From the NCBI GenBank assembly GCA_965602785.1, contig CBFDAH010000002.1, positions 1 through 63,326 of the forward strand: a stretch of 63,326 nucleotides of DNA, given 5' to 3'. Under the pieces are notes generated by a model, which was not told where the DNA came from, ran no database searches, and was given only the letters and a program-made list of their open reading frames with translations. A program made the position numbers and the translations under genes. This DNA is from an uncultured Syntrophobacterales bacterium (lineage in GTDB: Bacteria > Desulfobacterota > Desulfobaccia > Desulfobaccales > 0-14-0-80-60-11). Position 1 is the stretch's first letter. Each line of letters starts with the position of its first letter. Shown here in pieces: positions 35,285 through 45,389 of this stretch.

Positions 35285-37285
35285 TTAGACCCCTCCTTCA
35301 GGGGAAACTCCTTCAATCTCCCGGATATACATCCCCAGGGCCATGAGAGGGAAGCAATCCCGGTAAAGATGGTAGCGGATCATGAAGTGAGAGGGGAAAC
35401 CGGTGCCGGTGAAGTGTTCTTCGTCCCAGCGCCCCTGGGAATTTTGCGTGTTCAGGAGGTAATCAACCCCGTTTTCCACCTCCGGGGAGCCCACCTCCCC
35501 CGCAGACACCAGGCCCATAAGGGCCCAGGCGGTTTGCGAGGCGCTGCTCACTCCTACTCCCATCATCTCGGGGTCCAGGTAGCACTCGCAGCATTCCCCC
35601 CAGCCGCCGTCCGGGTTCTGGGTCCCTTTGAGCCAGGCCACGGCCCGACGCACGTAGGGAAGGCTCATATCCTCACCGATGGCCTTCAGTCCCATAAGCA
35701 CTGACCAGGTGCCGTAAATGTAGTTCACCCCCCAGCGTCCGTACCAGGAGCCTTCCGGGTGCTGAGTGCGGCGGATGAAGCCCAGGGCTTGGGTAGCCGC
35801 AGGGTGGTCCTGCGGGTAACCGAAGGCCCCCATCATCTCCAGAATGCGGGCCGTGATGTCCTCGGTGGGCGGGTCCAGCAGGGCCTTGAGGTCGGCAAAG
35901 GGGATGAGGTTGAGCCACTCTTTGGTGTTGTCTTTGTCGAAGGAAGCAAAACCGCCGTTTTTAGACTGCATCCCCAGGCACCAGGCGATTCCCCGCTCGA
36001 GGGGCTGCTGGTGGCGAGCCGGATCGGCCAGGCCCTCTTTGAGGGCTACGAGAACCACGCTGGAGTCGTCGACGTCCGGGTACCAGTTGTTGACGAACTC
36101 GAAGGCCCAGCCGCCGGGCTCCAGGTCCGGGCACTTGACAGACCAATCCCCGGGGACGAGAATCTGTTGGTCCAGAAGCCAGGCTGCCGCCTTGTCCAGG
36201 GCGGGATGCTGCTGGGGGAGGCCTGCGGCACTCAAAGCCCTGACCGCCAGAGCCGTGTCCCATACCGGGGAGATGCAGGACTGAAGACGGATGCGGTCAC
36301 CTTCATGGATCTCGAAGAATTCCAGGGCCTGCAAGCCCCGGCGCATGACGTCATGAGAAGGCTCATACCCCCGACAGCGGAGGGCCAAGAGGGAATTCAC
36401 CATAGCCGGTTGAATGCCGGCCCAGTCACCGGTCTCCTCTTGATGCTCCAGGACCCAGTCCTCGGCCTTCCGTAAAGCCAGGTTTCTGAGCCGGCGCAGG
36501 GGCATCCCGTGGTAGAGCTTAAGAAGCCGGTCCACTATCACGAAAAAATTTTCCAGCGGGGAACCTCCGGGTATCCACTTTACCCGATGCCATTGGAAGG
36601 GCTCCCGGGGGTCCCAAAAAAGTTCGCCGATTCCCTGTTCCTGAGGTACGGGCATCACCGGCCGGTAGGCCATGATCACACTGAGGGGTACAATGGTGGC
36701 CCGGGTCCAACTGGAAAAATCGTAGATGCTCAACCCGCACCAAGGGGGTGCCAGGACTAACTCCACCGGCAACAGGGGTATGCCGTCCCAACTAAGTTGA
36801 CCGAACATAGCCAGGTAGATGCGGGTGAACACGCGGCTTTTGAGCGCCCCACCCTTGGACAGGATAAACTCCCGGGCCTTGACCAGGCGCGGGTCTTCGG
36901 AGGAAAAGCCCGCCAGCTTCAGGGCGAAATAAGCTTCCACGCTGGTGCTCAATTCGCCGCCGTCTCCGAACCACAGGGACCAGGCGCCGTTGGGGAGCTG
37001 ACGGGACAGAATGTCCGCCGCCATGCTGGGCACTTTGCTCTCGTCCAGGCCCAGAAAGCGGTGGAGCATTATATATTCTGCGGTGATGGTGACGTTGGAC
37101 TCAAGCTCGGACCACCAGTAGCCCTGGGTAGTCTGGAGAGACAGGAGCGCCGCCGCGGCCCGGTCCCGAGCGCCTTTGACCTGCTCTCGGAAGGTCTTGG
37201 AGGGGTCCCCAAGGCTGACCGGTTGAGCAGCTGTGGAAGATGGTGCAAGTAACATAGAATTTCCTGAGGGCTTTAAATCAAGCAT
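35285..37285 (-). CDS. shc: Squalene-hopene cyclase
   Basis: Catalytic YPDVDDSSVV (DxDD) and multiple QW repeats (e.g. Q.PDGGWGE, Q...G.W). An alternative start lies at 37255. Confidence 0.9.
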   Translation of the reverse strand: MLDLKPSGNSMLLAPSSTAAQPVSLGDPSKTFREQVKGARDRAAAALLSLQTTQGYWWSELESNVTITAEYIMLHRFLGLDESKVPSMAADILSRQLPNGAWSLWFGDGGELSTSVEAYFALKLAGFSSEDPRLVKAREFILSKGGALKSRVFTRIYLAMFGQLSWDGIPLLPVELVLAPPWCGLSIYDFSSWTRATIVPLSVIMAYRPVMPVPQEQGIGELFWDPREPFQWHRVKWIPGGSPLENFFVIVDRLLKLYHGMPLRRLRNLALRKAEDWVLEHQEETGDWAGIQPAMVNSLLALRCRGYEPSHDVMRRGLQALEFFEIHEGDRIRLQSCISPVWDTALAVRALSAAGLPQQHPALDKAAAWLLDQQILVPGDWSVKCPDLEPGGWAFEFVNNWYPDVDDSSVVLVALKEGLADPARHQQPLERGIAWCLGMQSKNGGFASFDKDNTKEWLNLIPFADLKALLDPPTEDITARILEMMGAFGYPQDHPAATQALGFIRRTQHPEGSWYGRWGVNYIYGTWSVLMGLKAIGEDMSLPYVRRAVAWLKGTQNPDGGWGECCECYLDPEMMGVGVSSASQTAWALMGLVSAGEVGSPEVENGVDYLLNTQNSQGRWDEEHFTGTGFPSHFMIRYHLYRDCFPLMALGMYIREIEGVSPEGGV

Positions 37286-37547
37286 TATATCACAATTTTT
37301 TGATGGCCAAGGCTTTTTCTCACCCGGAAATTCGTCTTGGAACCTGGGGCGGTTTCCCGGGGCGGTATTGCCAAACTCCTCTGCGGATATTAACTTAATG
37401 AAAAATCGTCAAGAACCGGACAACCTGACCGATTGACTGGATAGGGTTTTTTTGATAAGGGTTTCGATAACTTTCTTATAAACCAGGAAACCCATTCCCC
37501 GGTCGAGGCTGACATCCTGGTTCTGCGCTCATTTTCCAGGAGACTAC

Positions 37548-39971
37548 ATGAGTCCGTCAAGAGAAGACGAATCTCAAGAAATTATCATCCCCTCTGCGTT
37601 ACCTTTGTTGGCGGTGAGGGATGTGGTGGTTTTTCCCAACATGGTGCTCCCCCTCTTTGTGGGACGGGAGACTTCGGTTCTGGCCATTGAAGCGGCGTTG
37701 GCCCAGGACCGCCTCTTATTTCTTGCCACCCAACGTGACCAGGCCATTGAGAACCCCGAACCTGAGGAGATCTACTCCCTGGGTACGGTAAGTCTCATCC
37801 TCAGAATGCTCAAACTCCCGGACGGCCGTCTGAAGATTCTGGTCCAAGGGAAAGCCAAGGCCCGCATCACCGAGTACTACCAGACGCGGCCCTATTTTCA
37901 TGTGGCCATGGATGTGGTCTCGGAGATCCCGTTAACCGAAATCTCCCCGGAAACCGAGGCTCTCATCCGCAATGCTCGGGAAATGTCCGAGAAAATCCTC
38001 ACCCTCAAGGGAGTCATGTCTCCGGACCTCCTGTCCATCCTCGACTCCATCGAGGACCCGGGGCACCTGGCGGACCTGGTGGCCGCCAACCTGCGTCTCA
38101 AAATTGAGGAAGCCCAGGCGGTTCTGGAAGAGCTGGACCCCATTAAACGGCTGATCATCGTCAACGACTTTTTGCGCAAAGAGTTGGAGGTCTCCTCCAT
38201 CCAGGCCAAGATCCAGTCCCAGGCCCGAGAAGAGATGGACCGTACCCAGCGGGAGTATTTCCTGCGGGAGCAGCTCCGGGCCATCAGGAAGGAGCTGGGG
38301 GACGTGGACGACCAGTCCAAGGAGATGGAAGAATACCGGGTGAAGATCGCTCGGGCCAAGATGCCCAAGCCTACGGAAGAGGAGGCCTTGAAGCAACTCT
38401 CCCGTTTAGAGCATATGCATCCGGACGCGGCCGAGGCCTCCATGTTGCGCACGTACCTGGACTGGCTGGTGGAGGTTCCCTGGAGCAAGGGCTCCCGGGA
38501 CAAGCTGGACCTGAAAGAGGCCAAGACCATCCTGGACGAAGATCACTACAACCTGGAGAAAGTCAAGGAACGCATCCTGGAGTACCTGAGTGTCCGGAAG
38601 CTGAATAAAAAGATGAAGGGCCCCATCCTCTGCTTCGTGGGGCCGCCGGGCGTGGGAAAAACTTCTCTGGGCCAGTCCATTGCCCGGGCCATGGGCCGAA
38701 AATTCACCCGTATCTCTTTAGGGGGTATGCGGGACGAGGCGGAGATCCGGGGGCACCGGCGCACCTATATCGGGGCCCTCCCCGGGCGCATCATCCAGGG
38801 TCTCAAAACCGCCGGCTCCAACAACCCGATATTCATCCTGGACGAAGTTGACAAGATCGGCATGGACTTCCGGGGCGACCCATCAGCGGCGCTCCTCGAG
38901 GTCCTGGATCCGGAGCAGAACCATACTTTCAGCGACCACTATCTCAACGTGCCCTTCGACCTCAGCAAGGTAATGTTCATCACCACCGCCAACCTGGTGG
39001 ACCCCATCCCTTCGGCCTTGAAGGACCGCATGGAAATCATCCGTCTGTCCGGCTACACCGAAGAGGAGAAGCTGAAGATCGCCCAGGGCTACCTCATCCC
39101 CCGGCAGATCCAGGAAAACGGCTTGAAGCCCGGTGACCTTCACCTTTCTCCAGAAGTGATCAAAGAGGTTATTGTCCGCTACACCCAAGAGGCCGGTCTC
39201 AGGAACCTGGAGCGGGAGATCGGCACCCTGTGTCGAAAGACAGCTCGACGCCTGGCGGAAGGGGAGAAGGGTCCTTTTACCATTACCCGGGCCAACATCC
39301 ATAAGTACCTGGGCCCGCCCCAGCACCTGCCGGAGGGGGAGCGGGAGAAGGACGAGGTTGGGGTGGCCACCGGGCTCGCCTGGACTCAGGTGGGCGGTGA
39401 AACCCTGGCGGTGGAGGCCAGCCTCATGCGGGGGAAAGGCCATCTCACCCTCACGGGGCAGTTGGGAGAGGTCATGCGGGAATCGGCCCAGGCGGCTCTG
39501 TCCTATGCCCGGGCCCGGGCGGACCTCCTGGGGCTCGAGCCTAATTTTTACGAGACCCTGGACATCCACATCCACGTGCCCGCCGGGGCCACACCCAAGG
39601 ACGGGCCCTCCGCCGGCATAACCATGGGAACCGCCCTGGTCTCGGCCCTCATCCAGGTGCCGGTGCGGAAAGATATGGCCATGACCGGGGAAATTACCCT
39701 GAGGGGCAAGGTCCTGCCGGTGGGTGGCTTGAAGGAAAAGGCCATTGCGGCCCTGAGGGCCCGGATGACCAAGGTCATCATCCCCAAGGCCAACAAGAAG
39801 GACCTGGTGGAGATTCCCAAATACGTCAAGCGTAAGCTCAAGTTTGTGCTGGCAAACACCATGGACGAGGTTTTGGAGGAGGCCCTGGTTCGCTCGCCCT
39901 TCAAGCCGGTGCCCCGGGGCAAGGCCCCCAAGCGGCGTCTGTCCAGGTCGGCGGCACGGCCGTTAGTTTAA
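37548..39971 (+). CDS. lon: ATP-dependent Lon protease
   Basis: LON N-domain, Walker A GPPGVGKTS and the protease site PKDGPSAG. Confidence 0.95.
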   Translation: MSPSREDESQEIIIPSALPLLAVRDVVVFPNMVLPLFVGRETSVLAIEAALAQDRLLFLATQRDQAIENPEPEEIYSLGTVSLILRMLKLPDGRLKILVQGKAKARITEYYQTRPYFHVAMDVVSEIPLTEISPETEALIRNAREMSEKILTLKGVMSPDLLSILDSIEDPGHLADLVAANLRLKIEEAQAVLEELDPIKRLIIVNDFLRKELEVSSIQAKIQSQAREEMDRTQREYFLREQLRAIRKELGDVDDQSKEMEEYRVKIARAKMPKPTEEEALKQLSRLEHMHPDAAEASMLRTYLDWLVEVPWSKGSRDKLDLKEAKTILDEDHYNLEKVKERILEYLSVRKLNKKMKGPILCFVGPPGVGKTSLGQSIARAMGRKFTRISLGGMRDEAEIRGHRRTYIGALPGRIIQGLKTAGSNNPIFILDEVDKIGMDFRGDPSAALLEVLDPEQNHTFSDHYLNVPFDLSKVMFITTANLVDPIPSALKDRMEIIRLSGYTEEEKLKIAQGYLIPRQIQENGLKPGDLHLSPEVIKEVIVRYTQEAGLRNLEREIGTLCRKTARRLAEGEKGPFTITRANIHKYLGPPQHLPEGEREKDEVGVATGLAWTQVGGETLAVEASLMRGKGHLTLTGQLGEVMRESAQAALSYARARADLLGLEPNFYETLDIHIHVPAGATPKDGPSAGITMGTALVSALIQVPVRKDMAMTGEITLRGKVLPVGGLKEKAIAALRARMTKVIIPKANKKDLVEIPKYVKRKLKFVLANTMDEVLEEALVRSPFKPVPRGKAPKRRLSRSAARPLV

Positions 39972-40119
39972 AAACTAGGGGGCGGGTAGATGGAGCAATA
40001 CTCCCGTCCCCTTCACGTTCATCTGGCGTAACTGCATCAGCATGGGTTCCTCCAGGATATCGGCCAGCAGAGTCATAACCCAGAACCCTAAACGTAGTCG
40101 ACCATCCTCAAAGTAAGGA

Positions 40120-41385
40120 TTGGCCCCTACCTTGCCTTCAGAAATTTTTTATAGATGGCTCGCCTTGGGCGGGCTCCTGGTCCTTTACATCTTTTTTGCC
40201 ATTTCCGAGACCTCCCTTTTTGCTCTGAAGCCCTTGGACCGGCTGCGCCTGAAGCAAAGGCGACCCCGGCGCGGCAGGCTGGTGGAGGAGCTTCTCGGCC
40301 AATCCCAACGCCTCTTGATCACCCTGGTTGTCGGCCTGGAGATTGTCACCATCCTGGCTTCCATTGTGGCCACTTCTCTGGCCCTCAGCCTATGGGGGGA
40401 TACGGGGAAATGGCTGGCCCTGTTGGTCATGTCTCCCAGTTTGCTTTTACTGGGGGAAATCATTCCCAAATCTCTGGCCCTTACGTATCCGACCCGACTG
40501 GCTCCCCTGGTTGCCCCCTTAGTGCGATGGGCCGCGATTCTCATCAGCCCCTTTCGGTTTATTTTGCTACATCTCAGCCAGGGCCTCCTGGTTACCTTTG
40601 GCTTCCGTCCCGACCTGCAGGTCCCGGCCGTGCAACAGGACGACTTTGTGCGCATGGTGGAGGAGAGCCACCAGGGGGGCATGATTGCAGCCCTGGAGCG
40701 GGAGTTCATTAAAAACCTCCTTGAGTTCGGGGAGGTCCGGGTGGGCCAGATCATGGTGCCCCGACCGGATATTTTTTGCCTGCCCCTAGATATGCCTGTA
40801 CCCCAAATGATTAGCGCCGTAAAGCGGTCCCGGTTCTCCCGGGTGCCCGTTTACCAGGAACGGCCCGGGAATGTCCTGGGAATTCTCCACGCCAAAGAGC
40901 TCCTCTATTTTTCCTCTCAGGAAAGTTGTGACACGGGGATGATCCAGAATATCCTGCGGCCGCCTCTCTATGTCCCGGAAAGCAAGATAGCCTTCGATCT
41001 GTTGACCGAGTTGCAGAGTCAGCGGATGCGCCAAGCCCTAGTAGTGGATGAATACGGTACTCTGGTGGGCCTGGTGACGATGGAAGACCTTCTGGAAGAG
41101 CTGTGTGGCGAAATCCCCCAGGAATTCAAAGAGGAGGAAAAGCCTCTCTTGGAGGTGGCTCCCGGACGCTGGCGGGTCAAAGCCTCCCTATCCCTCATCG
41201 ACCTGAACGAGATTCTGGGAACGGCATTACCGTCGGGCGAATATGACAGCGTGGGAGGGTTTATCCTTGACCTCTTGGGGGAGTTGCCCCGGGAAGGGGA
41301 TACCCTGGTGTATAAGCCCTTGAAGTTCAAGGTCTTGAAGATGAAGGGCACCCGTATCATGGAACTGGAGGTCCAGCAGGTTTAG
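40120..41385 (+). CDS. CNNM/DUF21 - CBS pair - CorC_HlyC family protein (TlyC/CorC-like)
   Basis: N-terminal 4-TM DUF21, two CBS domains and a C-terminal transporter-associated domain. TTG start assumed. Confidence 0.8.
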   Translation: MAPTLPSEIFYRWLALGGLLVLYIFFAISETSLFALKPLDRLRLKQRRPRRGRLVEELLGQSQRLLITLVVGLEIVTILASIVATSLALSLWGDTGKWLALLVMSPSLLLLGEIIPKSLALTYPTRLAPLVAPLVRWAAILISPFRFILLHLSQGLLVTFGFRPDLQVPAVQQDDFVRMVEESHQGGMIAALEREFIKNLLEFGEVRVGQIMVPRPDIFCLPLDMPVPQMISAVKRSRFSRVPVYQERPGNVLGILHAKELLYFSSQESCDTGMIQNILRPPLYVPESKIAFDLLTELQSQRMRQALVVDEYGTLVGLVTMEDLLEELCGEIPQEFKEEEKPLLEVAPGRWRVKASLSLIDLNEILGTALPSGEYDSVGGFILDLLGELPREGDTLVYKPLKFKVLKMKGTRIMELEVQQV

Positions 41386-41387
41386 CT

Positions 41388-42632
41388 ATGATCCTTGCCA
41401 TCCTTTTGGTGTTCTTACCCCTCCTGGTGTTGGAAGGCTTTTTCTCAGCCTCGGAAATCGCTTTGATTTCCGCCAACTACCGCCGTGTCAAACACCGGGC
41501 CGAGGAGGGGCACCAGGGCGCCAAGATGGCCTTATGGCTTCTGGAACGCCCGGAGCGCTTCGTGGCTACCTGCCTGGTGGGCTCTAATCTGGCCCAGATT
41601 TCCAACACTATTTTAGTCACGGCGCTGTTAATACAATGGTTTGGGTCCTGGGGGGAATTAAGCGCGATTCTCTTGTTACCGCCCCTGATCCTGCTTCTGG
41701 CGGAGATTACCCCGAAGTCCATCGGCCGTCAGTATCCCAATCGTCTGACCCAAAGTCTGGCCCCCATCCTCTGGGTGGTGACCTGGATTCTGTACCCGGT
41801 AACCCTGATCTTCGCCACCCTGAGTCGGCTGTTCCTGTGGGCCACTGGGGCTCATAAAACCAGCAGTCTCCCCTTCATCACCCGGGAGGACCTGTCTTTG
41901 GTAGTGCAAAAGAGCGGGCCCGAGGTTGATTTGGAGACCACTGAACGCCAGATCATCAAACGCATTCTGCGCTTCAGCCTGCACACGGTCAAGGAAGCCA
42001 TGGTGCCCCTGATCCGAGTGGCGGCCATCCCCGAAACCGCCACGGTGGCCCAGGCCCTGGAAGAATTTCGGGCCACCCGCTTTTCCCGCCTGCCGGTCTA
42101 TCACCGGCGCATTGACAACCTGATAGGCGTCGTGCATGACTTCGACCTTTTGGGGGAAGAGCCCTCCGGAGGAAGCATCAAAGCCTTGATGCGGCCGGTG
42201 CATTACGTTCCGGAAATGAAAAAGATTGACCAACTGCTGCCGGAGATGCAACGACGGGGGATTCATTTGGCGGTGGTGGTGGATGAATACGGCGGCACCG
42301 TGGGCATTGTCACCATTGAGGACCTCTTGGAAGAGATCGTCGGGGAAATTGACGACGAGTTTGACCAGGCGGTGACCCCTTTCAGGAAGTTGGGGGAGGG
42401 GCATTACCTCATCAACGCCCGTATGGAGGTGGAGGCCCTGAATGAGGCCCTGCATCTGGACCTGCCCCTGGGGGACTACGAGACCCTGGCGGGCTTCATT
42501 ATTTCCCAGTTGGGAGACCTGCCCCGGACGGGGGAGCAAGTGCTCTATGGCAATCTGCGTTTTGTGGTGCACTTGGCCGAAGCCCGGACTGTAAAGGAGG
42601 TGGAACTCTTTGTCGAACCGCCCTCGGCCTGA
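41388..42632 (+). CDS. Second CNNM/DUF21 - CBS - CorC_HlyC paralog
   Basis: Same architecture as the upstream gene, starting 2 nt after its stop. Confidence 0.8.
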   Translation: MILAILLVFLPLLVLEGFFSASEIALISANYRRVKHRAEEGHQGAKMALWLLERPERFVATCLVGSNLAQISNTILVTALLIQWFGSWGELSAILLLPPLILLLAEITPKSIGRQYPNRLTQSLAPILWVVTWILYPVTLIFATLSRLFLWATGAHKTSSLPFITREDLSLVVQKSGPEVDLETTERQIIKRILRFSLHTVKEAMVPLIRVAAIPETATVAQALEEFRATRFSRLPVYHRRIDNLIGVVHDFDLLGEEPSGGSIKALMRPVHYVPEMKKIDQLLPEMQRRGIHLAVVVDEYGGTVGIVTIEDLLEEIVGEIDDEFDQAVTPFRKLGEGHYLINARMEVEALNEALHLDLPLGDYETLAGFIISQLGDLPRTGEQVLYGNLRFVVHLAEARTVKEVELFVEPPSA

Positions 42633-43788
42633 ACGCTGGGCCTACTTTGATTGTTTTGCGGGTGTAAGCGGCGACATGACCCTGGGGGCCATGCTTGATC
42701 TGGGGCTTACCGAGGCTTCCCTGGAGGAAGTGCTCCGGGCCCTCAAGATCCCCGGTTTCCGGCTCCAGGCGAGCCGGGTGGCCAAAGAACATCTCACCGG
42801 GGTAAAGGTGGATTTTGTCGTGGAGCAGAAGCAACCGGTCCGGAGCTATGCGGAAATCGTGGCTCTCATTTCCAGGGCCGGCTTGTCCCCCAAGGTCAAG
42901 GACCTTAGTTTAGGGATGTTTCAAATGCTGGCTGAGGTGGAGGCCCGCATCCATGGACAGCCTGTGGAGAAGGTGCATTTTCACGAATTGGGGGCCGCGG
43001 ACACCATTCTGGATGTGGTGGGGGTGGCCTTCGGGGTGGAAGCTCTGGGAATAACTCGCACCTTCGTGAGCCCCATCCCCCAGGGCTGGGGTATGATTGC
43101 CGGGGCCCACGGGCATCTTCCCAACCCCGCGCCCGCCACCATGGAATTGCTTCAGGGGTTCACGGTTTACGGCACCGATCTTCCCGGAGAGCTGGTAACC
43201 CCCACGGGGGCAGTCATCCTCAAAGCTTTGGAGGCCAAGAGCGAACCCTGTCCGCCCCTACGCCTGGAAAAAGTGGGCTATGGCGCCGGCAGCCGGAACC
43301 TCCCTGGCCACCCCAACCTGCTGCGTCTGTATGTGGGCGAGCCCTTGCCCCAGGCGCCGGGTCTGCGGGAGAGGGTCCTCGTCCTGGAGACCCACATCGA
43401 TGACATGAACCCCGAGCTTTACGAGCCGCTGATGGCCGCCCTTTTTGCCGTCGGGGCCCTGGACGTGGCTTTGGCGCCCATCCAGATGAAAAAAAACCGC
43501 CCCGGCGTGCGGCTCACCGTCATTGCGCCTCCCCCCTCCCGAGAGAGCCTGCTGGAGCACCTGTTTCTGCACTCCACCACTTTGGGGGTGCGGGTTCAGG
43601 AAGTGGAGCGGGTGGCGGCTCGGCGCTGGCAAGAGACCGTTACCACACCTTATGGGGAACTCCCGGTGAAGGTCATGGAGTACGGCAGCCGCCGCCGGGT
43701 TTTGCCAGAGTACGAAGCCTGCCGTCAGATGGCCGAAAAGTCGGGATTACCCCTCATCGAGGTGTATCGACTGGTGCAGGATCTTTAA
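42610..43788 (+). CDS. larC: Nickel insertion protein LarC (DUF111)
   Basis: AYFDCFAGVSGDMTLGAMLDLG is the typical LarC N-terminus. The TTG start overlaps the upstream gene by 23 nt. Confidence 0.8.
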   Translation: MSNRPRPERWAYFDCFAGVSGDMTLGAMLDLGLTEASLEEVLRALKIPGFRLQASRVAKEHLTGVKVDFVVEQKQPVRSYAEIVALISRAGLSPKVKDLSLGMFQMLAEVEARIHGQPVEKVHFHELGAADTILDVVGVAFGVEALGITRTFVSPIPQGWGMIAGAHGHLPNPAPATMELLQGFTVYGTDLPGELVTPTGAVILKALEAKSEPCPPLRLEKVGYGAGSRNLPGHPNLLRLYVGEPLPQAPGLRERVLVLETHIDDMNPELYEPLMAALFAVGALDVALAPIQMKKNRPGVRLTVIAPPPSRESLLEHLFLHSTTLGVRVQEVERVAARRWQETVTTPYGELPVKVMEYGSRRRVLPEYEACRQMAEKSGLPLIEVYRLVQDL

Positions 43789-43830
43789 GGGGAGGGCTGG
43801 GAAAGCGCGGTTTCCCCTCAGCCAAAACCT

Positions 43831-44205
43831 TTACAGCTGACCTTCCTTGAGCAGAAACTCCATGGCCCGTTGGGCATAGGTGGTCATGGTGCTGATAATC
43901 CAGGTGAGATGGTTCTGGACGTCGGTAAGCATTTTCGAGTCCACCATGCCGATGAGGCCGCTCATGACGGTACGCACCCGTATCATGTCCTGGTCGTTGA
44001 TGAGGGCCGTACCCAGGCCCAATTCCCGGTCCAGGGCCCGGAAGTAGTCCATGACTATGCGTTTGCCCCCTTCCTGCTCTTGCCCTTTGAGCTGCAGCAG
44101 GCTGGTAAGGAGCTGGGAGGCGATGAGAAGATCCGACTTTAAACGGTCGGCAAAGTGAAAAAGCAGGATGGCTTCTCGGGAGTTGCTGGGATAAGCGTCC
44201 GGCAT
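43831..44205 (-). CDS. Hypothetical protein at the tail of the flagellar gene string
   Basis: 124-aa helical ORF with AAGGGGGA 7 nt upstream of the ATG. I recognise no family. Confidence 0.5.
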   Translation of the reverse strand: MPDAYPSNSREAILLFHFADRLKSDLLIASQLLTSLLQLKGQEQEGGKRIVMDYFRALDRELGLGTALINDQDMIRVRTVMSGLIGMVDSKMLTDVQNHLTWIISTMTTYAQRAMEFLLKEGQL

Positions 44206-44360
44206 GTGATATCCCCCTTGTCCTCAGGCTGATTACGGAAGATTATCACAATCCGGACTTCGCCACAATGACAGCCCAGGTCGAGGGAACACCCTCTCCC
44301 ATGGTGGTAAGGCCGACCCTCGTCACCCGCCCCGAGAGTCACCAGGATCCCCCCGGTTTT

Positions 44361-44927
44361 TTACTTTAGAAGCCTGTGGCTCAGGAGGGCGGCCTTATCG
44401 GGGGACAGAAGGCTTAAAATTGCCCCCGCTTCCTTGCCTGGCAAGCACCGCAGCAGGCGCACCGCCTCCCCTTCCTCCATTTTTTCCAGAAGCTTGCCGG
44501 CCCGGTCCGGGGACATGGCCTGGAGGGTGGCCACCAGGTGCCGATTATGCTCGGTTTGGATGCGCTTTTCCTCTTCCAGGGACACCAACAACCGGTTTTG
44601 CAAGGTTTGCAGCTCCTTGAGGCGCTCCTCTACTTCCTTTTTTATCAGGGCCAACTGCTCCTCCTTGGCCGCAGCCGCAGACTCTCGGGCCAGGAGGGCC
44701 CGACGTTCCTTTTCCACCAGAGCCAGAAGCCGGGGCATAGGCTGGGCCGATTTAGGGGCAGCCGCAGCCTCAGTGGCAGCCTCACTCGCCTTGGGACCAG
44801 CCCAACTCAGCCACTGAGGAGGCGCCAGGAAGGCAGTGGAGATGCCAATTTTCAACAGCAGACCACCGATCAAGCAGCCTGTAAGATACTTCCAACCTGG
44901 TCCGCTAAGCGATGCAGCAGTATGCAT
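44361..44927 (-). CDS. MgtE_N-like flagellar-operon protein (FlbB/YlxF/MotE-like)
   Basis: N-terminal TM segment, a coiled-coil, and a C-terminal LQAMSPDRAGKLLEKMEEGEAVRLL...EAGAILSLLSPDKAA. It lies directly after fliJ. Confidence 0.6.
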   Translation of the reverse strand: MHTAASLSGPGWKYLTGCLIGGLLLKIGISTAFLAPPQWLSWAGPKASEAATEAAAAPKSAQPMPRLLALVEKERRALLARESAAAAKEEQLALIKKEVEERLKELQTLQNRLLVSLEEEKRIQTEHNRHLVATLQAMSPDRAGKLLEKMEEGEAVRLLRCLPGKEAGAILSLLSPDKAALLSHRLLK

Positions 44928-44939
44928 ATCCCCCTCCTC

Positions 44940-45389
44940 TCAAGTATGGGACCACCGCGCCAGCACGATGGCTTCAGTCTGGTTTTCTAAAAATTTTGTC
45001 AATGCTCGGCGATACTCGGCGTATTTCCTCTCCCGCAGTCTTTCCAAAAGACGGCGTTCCTGATGGCAGCGCTGGAGAGCCAAGGTTTTCTCCTCCACCA
45101 CCTTCTCCTCCTGAGCCACCCGTTCCCGCCAGCTTTCCAGGGCCAGTTTCAGGTGCTCCAGGTAACTGAAGATCATCTGGTAGTCAGGCGCCTCCCAGTC
45201 CTGGGAGGTGGTCCCTTTAACCCGATCCAGGACCCGAGAAATATGGCCCTCGGTTTCGGTCTGGGCCTGGCGGCTGCGGGCCAACTGCTTTTGAGCTTGG
45301 GCCACTTCCAAGCGGGCTTGCTCCTCCCTCAGGTGCCGTACCTTGAGCACCGTCTCCAGGGGGAAGTGAAAACGTCTGCCGGCGCTCAT
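44940..45389 (-). CDS. fliJ: Flagellar export chaperone FliJ
   Basis: 149-aa coiled-coil starting FHFPLETVLKVRHLREEQ. ATGA overlap with fliI. Confidence 0.75.
   Translation of the reverse strand: MSAGRRFHFPLETVLKVRHLREEQARLEVAQAQKQLARSRQAQTETEGHISRVLDRVKGTTSQDWEAPDYQMIFSYLEHLKLALESWRERVAQEEKVVEEKTLALQRCHQERRLLERLRERKYAEYRRALTKFLENQTEAIVLARWSHT

Noticed and set aside
37286-37547. A sigma-32 heat-shock promoter or CIRCE element upstream of lon.
   Set aside because: Only partial resemblances exist (CTTGGAA ... CCCGGGG, and CCCATT with the wrong spacing). There is no TTAGCACTC-N9-GAGTGCTAA inverted repeat.
39975-40076. A 33-codon minus-strand ORF (MTLLADILEEPMLMQLRQMNVKGTGVLLHLPAP) in the lon-CNNM gap.
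   Set aside because: It has no Shine-Dalgarno sequence, no recognisable motif, and lies between two plus-strand genes. It is indistinguishable from chance.
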